Origin: Macrostomum lignano
Lineage: Eukaryota
Assembly: GCA_002269645.1 (NCBI GenBank)
Contig: NIVC01000150.1
Coordinates: 372,001-436,000 of the forward strand
DNA: 64,000 nt
Direction: 5' to 3'
The translations under genes and the position numbers were made by a program. The notes under the pieces were generated by a model, which saw nothing but the letters and a program-made list of their open reading frames with translations, had not been told where the DNA came from and did not search any database. Below, one piece after another: positions 12,369 through 24,837 of this stretch (positions are counted from its first letter, which is position 1; each line of letters starts with the position of its first letter).

Positions 12369-15300
12369 GTTTGTAGAAAATAGCAAACCAGATAGAACTA
12401 CGAACTAATATTAAAGTAGCACTAGCTATCTATAAGCCAGATTTCTCATAGCTGAAACAACGTATAAAACGGTTCCACCGAAGCATGCTCAAATCTGCGC
12501 AAGCTTTATTTCCACAACAATATTAACAAATATACACGAGCTTTATGTATAAAATAAATCCCACCATTAAATATTGTTACTCAGAAGATTATCTTAAGCT
12601 ATTGTGTTTATGCCCTCTTAACTGAGCAATAAAAAGTAGAGTTAGGCGTTATTTTAATATTATATAGTTCTTTCCGCCAAGCTTACCATTTTCAGGAAGT
12701 TACATAATTTACACTTAATAGAGATGAGAATATTAATAAAAACCCCAATTAGATAGAATGTTCGTTTTTTCTAGCATGCTTTTCTTTGCTCCATTGAATT
12801 TTTAAAAGCCTTGCTGGCAAAGTAAGAAATCCGATCGTGTTATAAAATGCGAATTAACAGAGCCGTCAACATGCAGACTCCGTCAAACTGATTTATGTGT
12901 ACAGTACTTTTTGGTTACTATATTCGAATTCGTTCATATTTTCCAACAATGCATTTAGTTAACTGTTGGGCTTTGTATTATATAGCTAGTATTCGTTATG
13001 ATTACTTTCCAAAATTACTTGACTTTTTCGTTCCAAAATTAAAAAATATATTATAAATTTTGTAACTATAATAATTTGTTAGAATCTTATTCCGTTACAT
13101 GTAAATACTGCTGAAACATGGTAGAACCCTCTGTAATTGGATATAAAAAATATTTGTTCGTTGGAGTGATACGCGTTGCTATGCCACTGCCGCTGTGAGT
13201 TAGCATCGCAAATTCGTCCTCTCCTGTATTTCTAAAGCGCGGCCATCCCCGTTTTTTCTCATGTGTTTTGATCAAAAACATTTAAAGTGCATTTATCGCG
13301 TGCTTCTTCTTCAGAGTATATATTTGCATCGCACGTCACACACTATCCATTTTAATGTGACGTGCGATCACCCCTAGCTATTGCTCAACATTTTTCCAAT
13401 ATTCATTCTTAATCTATCTCGACACCATAATATAAAATCAACCGAACTAGCTATTAATACAAAGTTCAGAGCATTAGCCATTCAAATCTCTGTCTGCCTC
13501 TGCCTATTTTCTCATTTGCCATGAACCGTGGCATGAATTAAGTGTGAGTAGAGAGTGCGCCTGTCGCAGGGAATGGATAGAAGCTGAGGACCCTCGTACA
13601 CCGAGTATGAGGCGATTCCAACCTAAGAATCATAGCACCATGAGCTCTCTCTGGGACCTGCACTTTCCCATCCGAGCCCATCTAGGAGGAACTGTAGCCT
13701 AGGCCTAGCATCGCCAACCAACTAAAGACCCCCCTATTCAAAAGTCCTCGTTTCCAGCACTGACTAGACTGTCCCTTTGTATGCCTCGCATAGAGTCCCT
13801 TAATCGGCCATTTCTAGCACAGTTGGGGTCAAGAACCTTATAGTCTGCTACAGACCGGAATTCCCGTCTTGTTCGTGGGATTTTAATTTCACCGGGTGTT
13901 ACTCCTGCACAGGTGACTGGTGGCGGCCACGCGCCTTTGGCATGTTACTTCAAACAACCCGGGCTCGCGCTGTCTAGATAAATGGGATCTTGGCCCATTG
14001 GGATCTTGGCCGCAACGTCATCTACCACACCATCCAGAGGCGGACAAAAAGTCTAGGGGACGAGGTCTGGCGGCTGTAACTTTCAGCGCCAGAGCTCAGA
14101 GGTTTGCAGAGGTATTCTCAGCATGCAACCCAGCAGGTTACGTCAAAAAAAGTAATTTTGAACTTTGAAAACATTCAGAATATTAATGATTAGTTTTATT
14201 AAACTTTTCTGCTAAGACTACTGCGGACTTTCCTTCCGCAGTAGTATTCAGGGTGTATACGAGCGTATGTCTTAGTTTTGTTTATTTATTTGTCTCATTT
14301 GGATAACTTTTAATTTTCTTGAAAATAAGTGAAAAACTTGCAGCATGAGTTGACCGTTCATGGGGTTGCAAAAGATATCAAGAGTTGTTAGTTCTGAGCT
14401 TTTTTTAGCCACCCGAGAGATACTGTCTGTGGTAAATCCTTCACTTCACGCTGTGCCAACTGCATTGCAGCTTTGCCTTAATGGCCATAGACTGTCAATT
14501 GCCACAGACAGCCAGCGACATTCTTTTTCTATAGTTTATATCTTATCTGCAAAGTTTAATTCGTTCAAGAATAAAATAGTCTATGGTAAAAACCCAAACT
14601 CTAGCTTCACTTTTCAACCCCTACTAGACTGGCATTAAACTAGGATTACGCTTGATAAATCATCTCTGTACCATTATTGACAAATTTGAAGTTCAGAAGA
14701 TAAAATAAAATATACAGGGTATACAAAGTCTTAGCGCTGGCATAACAGACATAATACGGATTCCTATCTGTGCATTTTTGCATTTTTGCATTTTGCAGTG
14801 CATTTTGAAACGAAAGTACAATATATCAAATATATACAAGCGGTCCTTGCTGGAGTATGAATACAATTTCCTGTGCTAATCCAGTCCAGATGTCAACTTT
14901 AAATGTCCACGGTTATGTACCAGTGAGTTGTGGATTTTCTTTTATCAACTACATGTATTATGATGTGCATTTGCATATCGAAGTGCTGGGGTGGCATCAT
15001 TGGTCTTACTGCGACTGTACAATGCACACTGCAGCAGAACACTCATGGCACAGAAGTTAAGCAACGTCACTTCATTGATACACAGTGATTGCATTTTAGT
15101 GGGCGCTAGCGTCCTGGGCGCTAGCGTCCTGGGCGCTGGCACCAGAGGCGCAAAGCACCGAACAATTTGAAGCAATCGATGTCGCAGTATTCCATAATAT
15201 ACAGGCAACGGTTGAAATTCTTACACAGAAGAAGAGAGTTTGAGGCTGCCAAGCTTTCGGAGGCTTTGGGTAAGAGACAGACAGACAGACAGAACCGGGG

Positions 15301-16256
15301 GACCCCCAAGTCATGTGATTCGGTTCTGCACGCTCACGCGCTCTCCCCGTGACTTGGCTCGGCGATACGAGCTCTCTACTGCCTGCCTGTTAGTCATAGT
15401 TAGTGATTACGCAATAACTCTCAAGGTCAACCTGTCTGGGCCACCAGTGCCCACCACACACTCTCTCTTCTCTAGCTTCGTCCTTTCCTCCGATTGCGAA
15501 GTTCTTTCATTATTTTCCATCGCAATAGGGGGGGGGGGTCTGACAGTCGGTTATGCAACAGCTCTCTGCGCACACGTCACAGATGGACAGTCTGGGTAGG
15601 AGAGACAGAAAAGGTCATGCCGACCAATGAGATTCGCCTATACGAATATGACAAAACGAATGGCCCCAACCTCAGCCTCCTCCGCCCAACTCCAAGCTTA
15701 TATTCGAGGGCCCCAGGAAGAAAATGGGTCCCTCCAAGCAGAGCCCCCACTCGCACCGACCTCTCTTTCTGTGCTTTCCCTGTTCGCGCCCTCTGCCACG
15801 GTCTTCTTCTTGTCTGTTTTATTTTCCAAATTCTCGCAGGCGCTTCAAATGTCCACGATGGATTGATCAATATGCATTATTGACACGATCGGCACTTTTT
15901 AAGCTGACGCATCATCGTGGCCAGATGGAGCACCAGCAGAGAGTTGGAATCAGCATCCGACTGTCAAATATGCCCTACAGTCCAAGACTTGTGTGTTGTA
16001 TTTGATATTATCCATTTATCTTTGACTATTATTTCTGTATATAACCGGTCGTGTAGACTCGAGGGACCTTCATGTGTTCACTGCAAGATACGCAATGCGC
16101 TGCTGCTGCTGCTGCTGCTGTGTACACGTGAAGCGCCCTAACCGATCTACGATAATCAACTGCTAATCCGAATTAGTGTATTTCATTATCTTACCGATTT
16201 TTAATAAGGACTCATTTTGATGCGATTGTGATTTATTATCTGCAGTTTGCTAGTTA

Positions 16257-16550
16257 GTGCACCAGGGGGCGCCAGCAAGGGTACCGGAGTGGCGCCAGTA
16301 AGGGTACCGAGGGGGCGCCAGTAGGGTACCAGGGGCCCCAGTAAGGTACCAGGGGGCGCCAGTAAGGGTACCAGGGGTCGCCATTAAAGGCACCAGGGGG
16401 CGCCAGTAAGGGTACCAGGGGTCGCCATTAAAGGCACCAGGGGGCCCGAGTAGGGTACCAGGGGTCGCCAATAAAGGCACCAGGGGGCGCCAGTAGGGTA
16501 CCAGGGGTCGCAATAAAGGTATCAGGGGGCGCCAGTAAGGGCATGGGGGC
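16257..16550. repeat. GC-rich degenerate minisatellite (GGGGCGCCAGTAAGGGTACCA-like)
   Basis: Direct inspection; unit length varies around 23-25 bp. Confidence 0.85.
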
Positions 16551-16751
16551 CGTTTTATTGGCTTGGATGGATTAAGCTGTTACGTTGAATATTTAGCTCA
16601 AAATAAAACATGAAACTCATCGTATCGCTAGTCAAATAAGATGTAAAGAAACTTTCTTATGATCCATTCTTGGTTATTATAAGATTTTTTTTAAATTAGA
16701 GTTCTGAAAAAGAAATCAGTGATTTAAACTAGATAGACAATGTGAATTCAG

Positions 16752-19001
16752 CTATATTCCAACAAAACGATAGGGCAGAGTTGCTCCAACGAAGGACATG
16801 GCGATAGCGTCGAGCCAAGGACCTCTGGCCACCGAGTTGACGCAGTCACACGACTCGATGTACGAGGAGGCGAAGACCGCCAGCAAAATGATGTAGCACA
16901 GTACTGGAAATGAATTAAACGAAAAAATAAGTTCGTGATGTCCTTTTTAGCTACTGTTAGTAGAAATGCATGCAAATCAACGTATAGAGTAAAAGTAAAT
17001 TATAAAAACAGTTTTATCACCGGCGATGAGGACGGAGACGCTGGCGCTCAGAATCACTGGGCGACTTTTTCTTGCCGCACCGAGAACGAGAGCTGCAACA
17101 TCTGCGGCCGCGGCGACCACCAAAGACAGGCAGGCAATGACAGTCAGGGCAGTCATAGCGTTGAACTTCGTCTCTGGATTTGGGGCGGAATAGGGTTGGT
17201 TCTTGTGAAATTGAGTGGCTAACAGAATTTCAATGGCGTTGTTTTGGTTTAGCTAATTTGTGATGTGAGGAGAGCTGCATGAGTATCAGAAGAGCTGCAT
17301 GAGTGTCAGGAGAGCTGCATGAGTGTCAGAAGAGCTGCATGAGTGTCAGGGAAGCTACATGAGTGTCAGAAGAGCTGCATGAGTGTCAGGGGAGCTACAT
17401 GAGTGTCAGGAGAGCTGCATGAGTGTCAGGGGAGCTAAGTGAGTGTCAGGGGAGCTAAGTGAGTGTCAGGAGAGCTACATGAGTGTCAGGGAGCTAAGCG
17501 AGTGTCAGGGGAGCTAAGTGAGTGTCAGGAGAGCTGCATGAGTGTCAGGAGAGCTGCATGAGTGTCAGGAGAGCTGCATGAGTGTCAGGAGAGCTGTATG
17601 AGTGTCGAGAGAGCTGCATGAGTGTCAGAAAAGCTGCATGAGTGTCAGGAGAGCTGCATGAGTGTCAGAGGAGCTAAGTGAGTGTCAGGAGAGCTACATG
17701 AGTGTCAGGAGAGCTGCATGAGTGTCAGGAGAGCTACATGAGTGTCAGGAGAGCTGCATGAGTGTCAGGAGAGCTGCATGAGTGTCAGGAGAGCTGCATG
17801 AGTGTCAGGAAAGCTGCATGAATGTCGAGAGAGCTGCATGAGTGTCAGAAAAGCTGCATGAGTGTCAGGAGAGCTGCATGAGTGTCAGGAGAGCTGCATG
17901 AGTGTCAGAGGAGCTAAGCGAGTGTCAGGGGAGCTAAGTGAGTGTCAGGAGAGCTACATGAGTGTCAGGGAGCTAAGCTAGTGTCAGGGGAGCTAAGTGA
18001 GTGTCAGGGAGCTGCATGAGTGTCAGGAGAGCTGCATGAGTGTCAGGAGAGCTGCATGAGTGTCAGGAGAGCTGCATGAGTGTCAGGAGAGCTACATGAG
18101 TGTCAGGGAGCTAAGCGAGTGTCAGGGGAGCTAAGTGAGTGTCAGGGAGCTAAGCGAGTGTCAGGAGAGCTACATGAGTGTCAGGGAGCTAAGTGAGTGT
18201 CAGGGAGCTAAGTGAGTGTCAGGGAGCTAAGCTAGTGTCAGGGGAGCTAAGTGAGTGTCAGGGAGCTGCATGAGTGTCAGGAGAGCTGCATGAGTGTCAG
18301 GAGAGCTGCATGAGTGTCAGGAGAGCTGCATGAGTGTCAGGAGAGCTGCATGAGTGTCAGGAGAGCTGCATGAGTGTCAGGAGAGCTGCATGAGTGTCAG
18401 AAGAGCTGCATGAGTGTCAGGGGAGCTAAGTGAGTGTCAGAAGAGCTGCATGAGTGTCAGGAAAGCTACATGGGTGTCAGGGAGCTAAGCGAGTGTCAGG
18501 CGAGCTAAGCGAGTGTCAGGGGAGCTAAGTGAGTGTCAGGAGAGGTGCATGAGTGTCAGGGAAGCTACATGAGTGTCAGGAGAGCTGCATGAGTGTCAGG
18601 GAAGCTACATGAGTGTCAGAAGAGCTGCATGAGTGTCAGGATAGCTGCATGAGTGTCAGGAGAGCTGCATGAGTGTCAGGAGAGCTGCATGAGTGTCAGG
18701 AAAGCTACATGAGTGTATCCAGGTTGGCAGAAATATAAAATTTTCTTTATCCCTTTTCACTACTCAGACAAAACAATGTTGAGTAGTAACTTACGGCCGT
18801 AAACGCTCTTCATTTCGGAGAATCGATCTGTAAAGTTATATAGGATTTTATCGAAAACGAACATGTTTAAATTGACAATTGACAATTGTTATAATTGGAG
18901 CACTCACTGGGCCAAATATTGAAACAGGGTGACGCAATGCTAAGCAGCAGGGCCAGGAAGGTGAAGAATGCGGTTGACGCTGCTGTTAGGTTGAGCTGCA
19001 T
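16752..19001 (-). CDS. Small four-transmembrane protein (132 aa), claudin/PMP22-like topology
   Basis: Exons 19001-18908, 17173-17021 and 16903-16752, both junctions phase 1 with gtgagt/ccag and gtgata/ccag sites. Product: MQLNLTAASTAFFTFLALLLSIASPCFNIWPKTKFNAMTALTVIACLSLVVAAAADVAALVLGAARKSRPVILSASVSVLIAVLCYIILLAVFASSYIESCDCVNSVARGPWLDAIAMSFVGATLPYRFVGI. It has four hydrophobic segments and a basic RKSR loop between TM2 and TM3. Confidence 0.75.
17270..18716. repeat. 20-bp minisatellite (GAGAGCTGCATGAGTGTCAG) filling intron 1 of the 4-TM gene
   Basis: Direct inspection; two variant classes (GCTGCAT and GCTAAG[C/T]) are interspersed. Confidence 0.95.
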
Positions 19002-19284
19002 TTTGGTTTCAGAAAAATAAATCCGGTACACCTGTGGCCTGTTTAACTGGATTTTATACTGGGCATTTTTAGACTTTATGTTATTACAAAGTTTTGGACA
19101 ATTCTCAGCAAATAATTCAGTTGAAATTCCGCATATGTTGGACCGAAATTCTCGGCATCAAATGTGAAGGCAGTGAAGAAGGACTTTTGCTTGATTTGTG
19201 CTTTGACAGGAAGTTCGCTGTTTGGCATGAATGACCATTCACTTCAGATGTATTTTTAAAAAGTTTAATGCTGCATTGTTGGCG

Positions 19285-19895
19285 CCTCTGTTTTGGCGCC
19301 TCTTGTGCTTCATTTTTGGCGCCTTTTGTGCTTCATTTTTAGCGCCTCTTGTGCTTCATTTTTGGCGCATCTTGTGCTTCATTTTTGGCGCCTTTTGTGC
19401 TTCATTTTTAGCGTCTTTTGTGCTTCGTTTTCGGCGCCTCTTGTGCTTCATTTTTAGCGCCTTTTGTGCTTCATTTTTAGCGCCTTTTGTGCTTCGTTTT
19501 CGGCGCCTCTTGTGCTTCATTTTTGGCGCCTTTTGTGCTTCATTTTTGGCGCCTCTTGTGCTTCATTTTTAGCGCCTCTTGTGCTTCATTTTTAGCGCCT
19601 TTTGTGCTTCATTTTTGGCGCCTTTTGTGCTTCATTTTTAGCGCCTTTTGTGCTTCGTTTTCGGCGCCTCTTGTGCTTCATTTTTGGCGCCTTTTGTGCT
19701 TCATTTTTGGCGCCTCTTGTGCTTCATTTTTAGCGCCTTTTGTGCTTCATTTTTAGCGCCTCTTGTGCTTCATTTTTGGCGCCTTTTGTGCTTCATTTTT
19801 AGCGCCTTTTGTGCTTCGTTTTCGGCGCCTCTTGTGCTTCATTTTTAGCGCCTTTTGTGCTTCATTTTTAGCGCCTCTTGTGCTTCATTTTTTGG
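19285..19895. repeat. 23-bp minisatellite (GCGCCT[C/T]TTGTGCTTCATTTTT[A/G])
   Basis: Direct inspection. Confidence 0.95.
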
Positions 19896-20315
19896 CTTTT
19901 CATTTTACTCCCGCGCAAGTTCAAAGTATTCCAGCTTTTTCATGCTGAAAAAATGAATCCAAAGCCTTCCAGCTCGAAGAAATCTCCAATTCCGTTTATT
20001 TACTCTATCGATAGACCGAGAGCTCCCAGTAAAGCTCAGCCGTGCATTAACATTTATAAGTTATGGCCTGTTTTTGGTCCTCTGATAAAGAGGTTTTTTG
20101 ATTTAATAATATTTTGCCAGTAGGTAACAAAATTTACGTAAAAAAGTTAAAATATAAAATTAGCATTTGAAAAAATTACAAATTACTTCAAGACGTGTAA
20201 TTTTGCACTTTTTTTTAGAAAACAAAGTTTGTTATAAAAATAGACTTTTTGTTAAAAATATTTGGCGTAGTTGAAGGTTAAGCAAAATATGGGGCAGCCG
20301 GGCCACGCTGACTGT

Positions 20316-22571
20316 TCAGGAGCGGCAGTCCCGGTGCGGCGGTGCGGAGTCCACATCGGAGCAGATGGACGGCAGGCTCTCGGTCGGCTGCAGCAGGTGG
20401 TGCACCGCGGCCTCCCGACGGGCGCTTCCGCCGGCTCGGCCGGTGCCGCCGCTGCAGTCCCAGTTCAGCACCCGGTTGATGCTGCAGCGGATCCTGTGGT
20501 GTCCTCGGTGCCGGCCTGACGAGTTGCAATTGGCGAAGTTCGACTGTTGCTGCTGCTGCTGCTGCTGCTGTTGTCGCTTTTTCGATTTCTGACACCTGCG
20601 CGACGCCGAGGTTGCGCAATTCGACTTCGCGCCAATTCGTTGGGCCTTTGAGCAGAGTTGAACCTGCGGCTGACAGGAGGTTGTCAGAGCGTTCTGAGTC
20701 AGGCAGGCCGTTGTCACTGACGCTGCTGCTGCTGCAGCGGACGCTGAGGCGGCGGACAGGGCGGCTACCGACTGTTGAAGCAGCACGAGCACCGACTGCA
20801 CCGGGACCGGGTTGACGCACTGGCACTGACCGGGCGGCATCTCCGCTGCCGGCTGGTGCTGCGACTCGTTCTTCGGCCCCGAATGCAGCTGCTGCTTCTT
20901 CTGGTCGGCCGCGGCGGCGTGAAAGATCCGGCTCTGCGCCGAGGTCAGGCTGTCGTAGGAGCCGATGCGGACCATCACGGACTCGGCCGTGGACGAGGTG
21001 ACGGTCGACGAATCGCACAGCGCCGCCTCCTCCGGATCGGCGGCGCTCGGGCCAGTTTGATTGATAAACTGCTTCAAATCCGTTTCCTTCGGGCCGTGCG
21101 AGTCTTCTTGGCTCCCGGCACCGTCAGTGAGAATTGTGGCCGCCGTGGTTGGGGTCGTCACTTCCAAATATTTTTCCGATTCATGCGGCTGCGACGGCAT
21201 GCTTGTGTGGTTTTTTAGCGTGGCGCCTTTTGCCCGGCTTGTATCCTCTGCTTTCTGCTGCTGCTGGACTGGGGATTCCACAATCTGATAATTGACCGAG
21301 TAAATCTCGTTGAACGGGTACTGCTGATAAACCACTGCCACTGCCGGCTGGTGCAGCTGCCGGGCCCTGCAGTTTGAGCGGCCCGTGGCGCTGTTCTGGC
21401 TGCTGTCGAACTCGCCGCCGCCTTCGCCGAAGTCCTTCATCCGGTCCCTCTCCGGCGAGCCGTCCTCGGTCATCTTGTCGCTGTTCGAGTCAGCCAGTTC
21501 CAGGCTGCTGTACTCCCGCTTCGCTCGCTCCTCGACCGCCTTCACCGCCGCCTCAGCTTCGGCAGCGTCGTCAGACTGAGGCGCTCCGCCAGCCCCGGCT
21601 GGTTCGCTCTCGCTCTGCTTCACCTGATTTGAGCCGGTCTGCTGCGCCTCCACTGCAGTGCTGTCCGCGTCTACCTGCTGCCCGGTCTCCAGCTCGATGG
21701 TCTGCTCCGACACCGACACCCCCCGCTGCTGGCATGGATCATGGTGGTAGAGCAGCTGCTGGGCTGGCTTCACCGAGCCGCTGCTCAAATCATCATCATC
21801 GTCTTCCTCCTCCTGCTTCGCTTCCTCGGGTTCCGGCGGCAGGGCCGCGTCCTGCGGCTGTTCACTGGCCGGCTCGGCGTTCTGACCGTCCTGCGGCCTC
21901 TCGCTGGCCGGCTCAGCGTTCTGGCCGCTGTCCTCGTCGCTGTGCGAGTCTACCACTAGCGGCATCGCCGTATCCTTCCGGCTGACGGTTCCCTGGCCCG
22001 GTTCCTCTTGCAGGACGTTGCGCAGACTTTCGCTGGTCATGGAGACGCCGAGGCCGTGCACGCCGAAGTTGAAGTAGGAGTTGGCTGGGCTGGCCTCGCT
22101 GCCCGAAATTGTGGTGGCGTCGCTGTTGGAATCGGCCAGCGAGATGGCCGGTTCGGAGCCCAGTTCCAGCGGCTCCATTTCCAGCTTCTTGCCCCATGCT
22201 GAAGTATCTGGCTCTTGAACGCCGTCTTGACTGCTCGCATCATCGACTGTGGTGAGTTTCGGCCGATCGTCGCGGTTCGGCTTTGCATCCGAGTTGAGCA
22301 CGTCGCCTATCAGGGAGTCGTCAGCGCAGCTGCGCAGCTCGCCGGCACCGCAGCTGAACTCGCCAACAGCCTCGTGCGTCGCGCCGCAGTGGCAGACGAC
22401 GACCAGCTTGACTCGACGACCGGCGCAGCCCGAGCGGCCGCCGCGGCTCAGGACGATCGGGCAGAACGTGAACACTCGGATTCGCTGAGCTGGCGAATTC
22501 GGCTCGTTGTTCCTGGCGTGTTGCTGACGGCATTCGACGACAAGGCAGGGCAGCGGTGCCGCCTGCGTCAT
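20316..22571 (-). CDS. Intronless 751-aa protein of unknown function: N-terminal Cys/His cluster, acidic and Gln/Ala-rich low-complexity body
   Basis: Uninterrupted 2.25-kb GC-rich ORF between AT-rich flanks. N-terminal CLVVEC..H...FCP....C....VCHCGATH....FSC. Internal duplications (QNAEPASExPQD twice, LADSNSD twice), poly-Q and poly-A. No family recognised. Confidence 0.75.
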   Translation of the reverse strand: MTQAAPLPCLVVECRQQHARNNEPNSPAQRIRVFTFCPIVLSRGGRSGCAGRRVKLVVVCHCGATHEAVGEFSCGAGELRSCADDSLIGDVLNSDAKPNRDDRPKLTTVDDASSQDGVQEPDTSAWGKKLEMEPLELGSEPAISLADSNSDATTISGSEASPANSYFNFGVHGLGVSMTSESLRNVLQEEPGQGTVSRKDTAMPLVVDSHSDEDSGQNAEPASERPQDGQNAEPASEQPQDAALPPEPEEAKQEEEDDDDDLSSGSVKPAQQLLYHHDPCQQRGVSVSEQTIELETGQQVDADSTAVEAQQTGSNQVKQSESEPAGAGGAPQSDDAAEAEAAVKAVEERAKREYSSLELADSNSDKMTEDGSPERDRMKDFGEGGGEFDSSQNSATGRSNCRARQLHQPAVAVVYQQYPFNEIYSVNYQIVESPVQQQQKAEDTSRAKGATLKNHTSMPSQPHESEKYLEVTTPTTAATILTDGAGSQEDSHGPKETDLKQFINQTGPSAADPEEAALCDSSTVTSSTAESVMVRIGSYDSLTSAQSRIFHAAAADQKKQQLHSGPKNESQHQPAAEMPPGQCQCVNPVPVQSVLVLLQQSVAALSAASASAAAAAASVTTACLTQNALTTSCQPQVQLCSKAQRIGAKSNCATSASRRCQKSKKRQQQQQQQQQQSNFANCNSSGRHRGHHRIRCSINRVLNWDCSGGTGRAGGSARREAAVHHLLQPTESLPSICSDVDSAPPHRDCRS

Positions 22572-23029
22572 TGCTGCGGAGGTGCAGTAGGTCGCGGTTC
22601 CCTGGTGCTCGAACTCCCGGCTGAATTTGCCTGCCCAGCAGCCGGTTGCGAGATTTTATTTTGAACGTCTCAATCAAGTCAAAGCAGACTTGCGCGCGCT
22701 TTGATGACTTTTTAGCGTTTCAATTTATCAACTTCTCTATTTAACGATTTTAGTCTATGGCTCTGTCCTCTGCGGCTGCCTAGTTTCTCTGTGGCGTGCT
22801 CAAGGGGTCAGCGGAATGGGCACGATCCTGCTCGCCTCCGTCAAATGGATCTGCATCAGTCTTGTGATTTGTGGGCCTATGACTGATTTTGGTGTGAACA
22901 AAAACCAGTGTGATGGACCTCCGTTCTCTTCACTGCAAACTGCTAAGTCTAAAACTCTTGAGAGAAAATTGGCAGCGGACATTGGATACATAAAATCGAT
23001 CTTTTCAAGGGGTTCCAACTGCTAGGTAC

Positions 23030-23735
23030 GCGTGACTTTCCAACACCAGCTGGTAGCTGCACCTCACGGGTGAGTGACTTTCCATCACCAGCTGGTAACC
23101 TCACGGGTGAGTGACTTTCCATCACCAGCTGGTAACCTCACGGGTGAGTGACTTTCCAACACCAACTGGTAACTGCACCTTACGGGTGAGTGACTTTCCA
23201 ACACCAGCTGGTAACTGCACCTCACGGGTGAGTGACTTTCCATCACCAGCTGGTAACTGCACCTCACGGGTGAGTGACTTTCCATCACCAACTGGTAACT
23301 GCACCTCACGGGTGAGTGACTTTCCAACACCAGCTGGTAACTGCACCTCACGGGTGAGTGACTTTCCATCACCAGCTGGTAACCTCACGGGTGAGTGACT
23401 TTCCAACACCAACTGGTAACCTCACGGGTGAGTGACTTTCCAACACCAGCTGGTAACAGCACCTCACGGGTGAGTGACTTTCCATCACCAAATGGTAGCT
23501 GCACCTCACGGGTGAGTGACTTTCTATCACCAAATGGTAGCTGCACCTCACGGGTGAGTGACTTTCCATCACCAAATGGTAGCTGCACCTCACGGGTGAG
23601 TGACTTTCCATCACCAAATGGTAGCTGCACCTCACGGGTGAGTGACTTTCCATCATCAACTGGTAGCTGCACCTCACGGGTGAGTGACTTTCCATCATCA
23701 ACTGGTAGCTGCACCTCACGGGTGAGTGACTTTCC
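23030..23735. repeat. 42/36-bp minisatellite (CACGGGTGAGTGACTTTCCATCACCAGCTGGTAA[CTGCAC]CT)
   Basis: Direct inspection. Unit lengths are multiples of 3, which explains the spurious repeat ORFs. Confidence 0.95.
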
Positions 23736-24837
23736 AACTCCAACAATAAACAAAGAGCTGACACCAGAGGATTTGAATGCCTGCAAGCGGAGACAATACC
23801 AGCCACTGGTCTAGATCGACATCAAGAGTCTAACGCAGATTATATCGCTTTATATTTGTCGACAACTAGTCGAGTAAAGTTGAATCACAATAATAACAAT
23901 GGAATTCCCAGTAGACAATAATTAGTAATAATTATAAGGACCACAAAAATTTTATATTCGTTTCGACAAGACAGACACGAGAGCAGCGAAGCAAAAACGC
24001 GGATTAAACAACTTCAGACAAAATTCAAAAAGCGGATTAAAAGGTCGTAATCTGCAAAATAGTAATAAATTAATTATATAATAGAAAGAATTCCGTAAAA
24101 ACTGGTGCAACAATGTTTATGTATTACTAACAGTAGCAGTATATATAATATCAACGATAATAAAATGGATAAACACGGGTACACAAAATATTCTAAGTAA
24201 ATGAAATAAAAATAAACACACTATTCGAAACACGAGCTGCGAGCTGCTTGGACAAAAGACGGGCAACACGCGCGAACACAAAATGCCAACAAAATGAATT
24301 CGCATGATTTTGATTCAATGGCTGGCTTGAGAGACAGCGGCGTCACCAAGGTAGAGAAGCAGATTAGTTAAGAAGTGTCTTGATCGGGTGAATCTTCCGA
24401 TATGTATCGAAAATAACTTTCCGAAGGAGAAATAAACCATTGAATTAATTGGAATAGAGGAAGTTGGTGAGGCTTAAAAGATGAATAATACAACACCTGG
24501 TTAAAAATGCCAATTAAACTAAGAGACACAAATATATATTGATATTGAAGTATGCATTAGCTAACATATTCTTAGTTCTCACTTTCACAATAATATTTAT
24601 ACATACGGTTCAAACAACAGCACAGAATAATGGTGGTGGACGTTGAAAAGTTCTCACAACAGGAAATAAAACTGCCAATACAAGCGTAACTAGTTTCATA
24701 ATTCGGTAAATTTTACCAACATCAATAATTGTTTCTTTATGAACTAGCTTCGTTTGAGACAAAAAAGTCGAAAAAAGAACAACTGTCTATCAAGATTTGT
24801 CTTTAACATATTCAGACTCGCTTAGGAAATTGCAAGA

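Noticed and set aside
20271-22677. Overlapping alternative-frame and antisense ORFs around the 751-aa gene, and likewise around 7180-7741, 42304-42741 and 57788-62735
   Set aside because: These are shadows of GC-rich, codon-biased exons, and no motifs are recognised in them.
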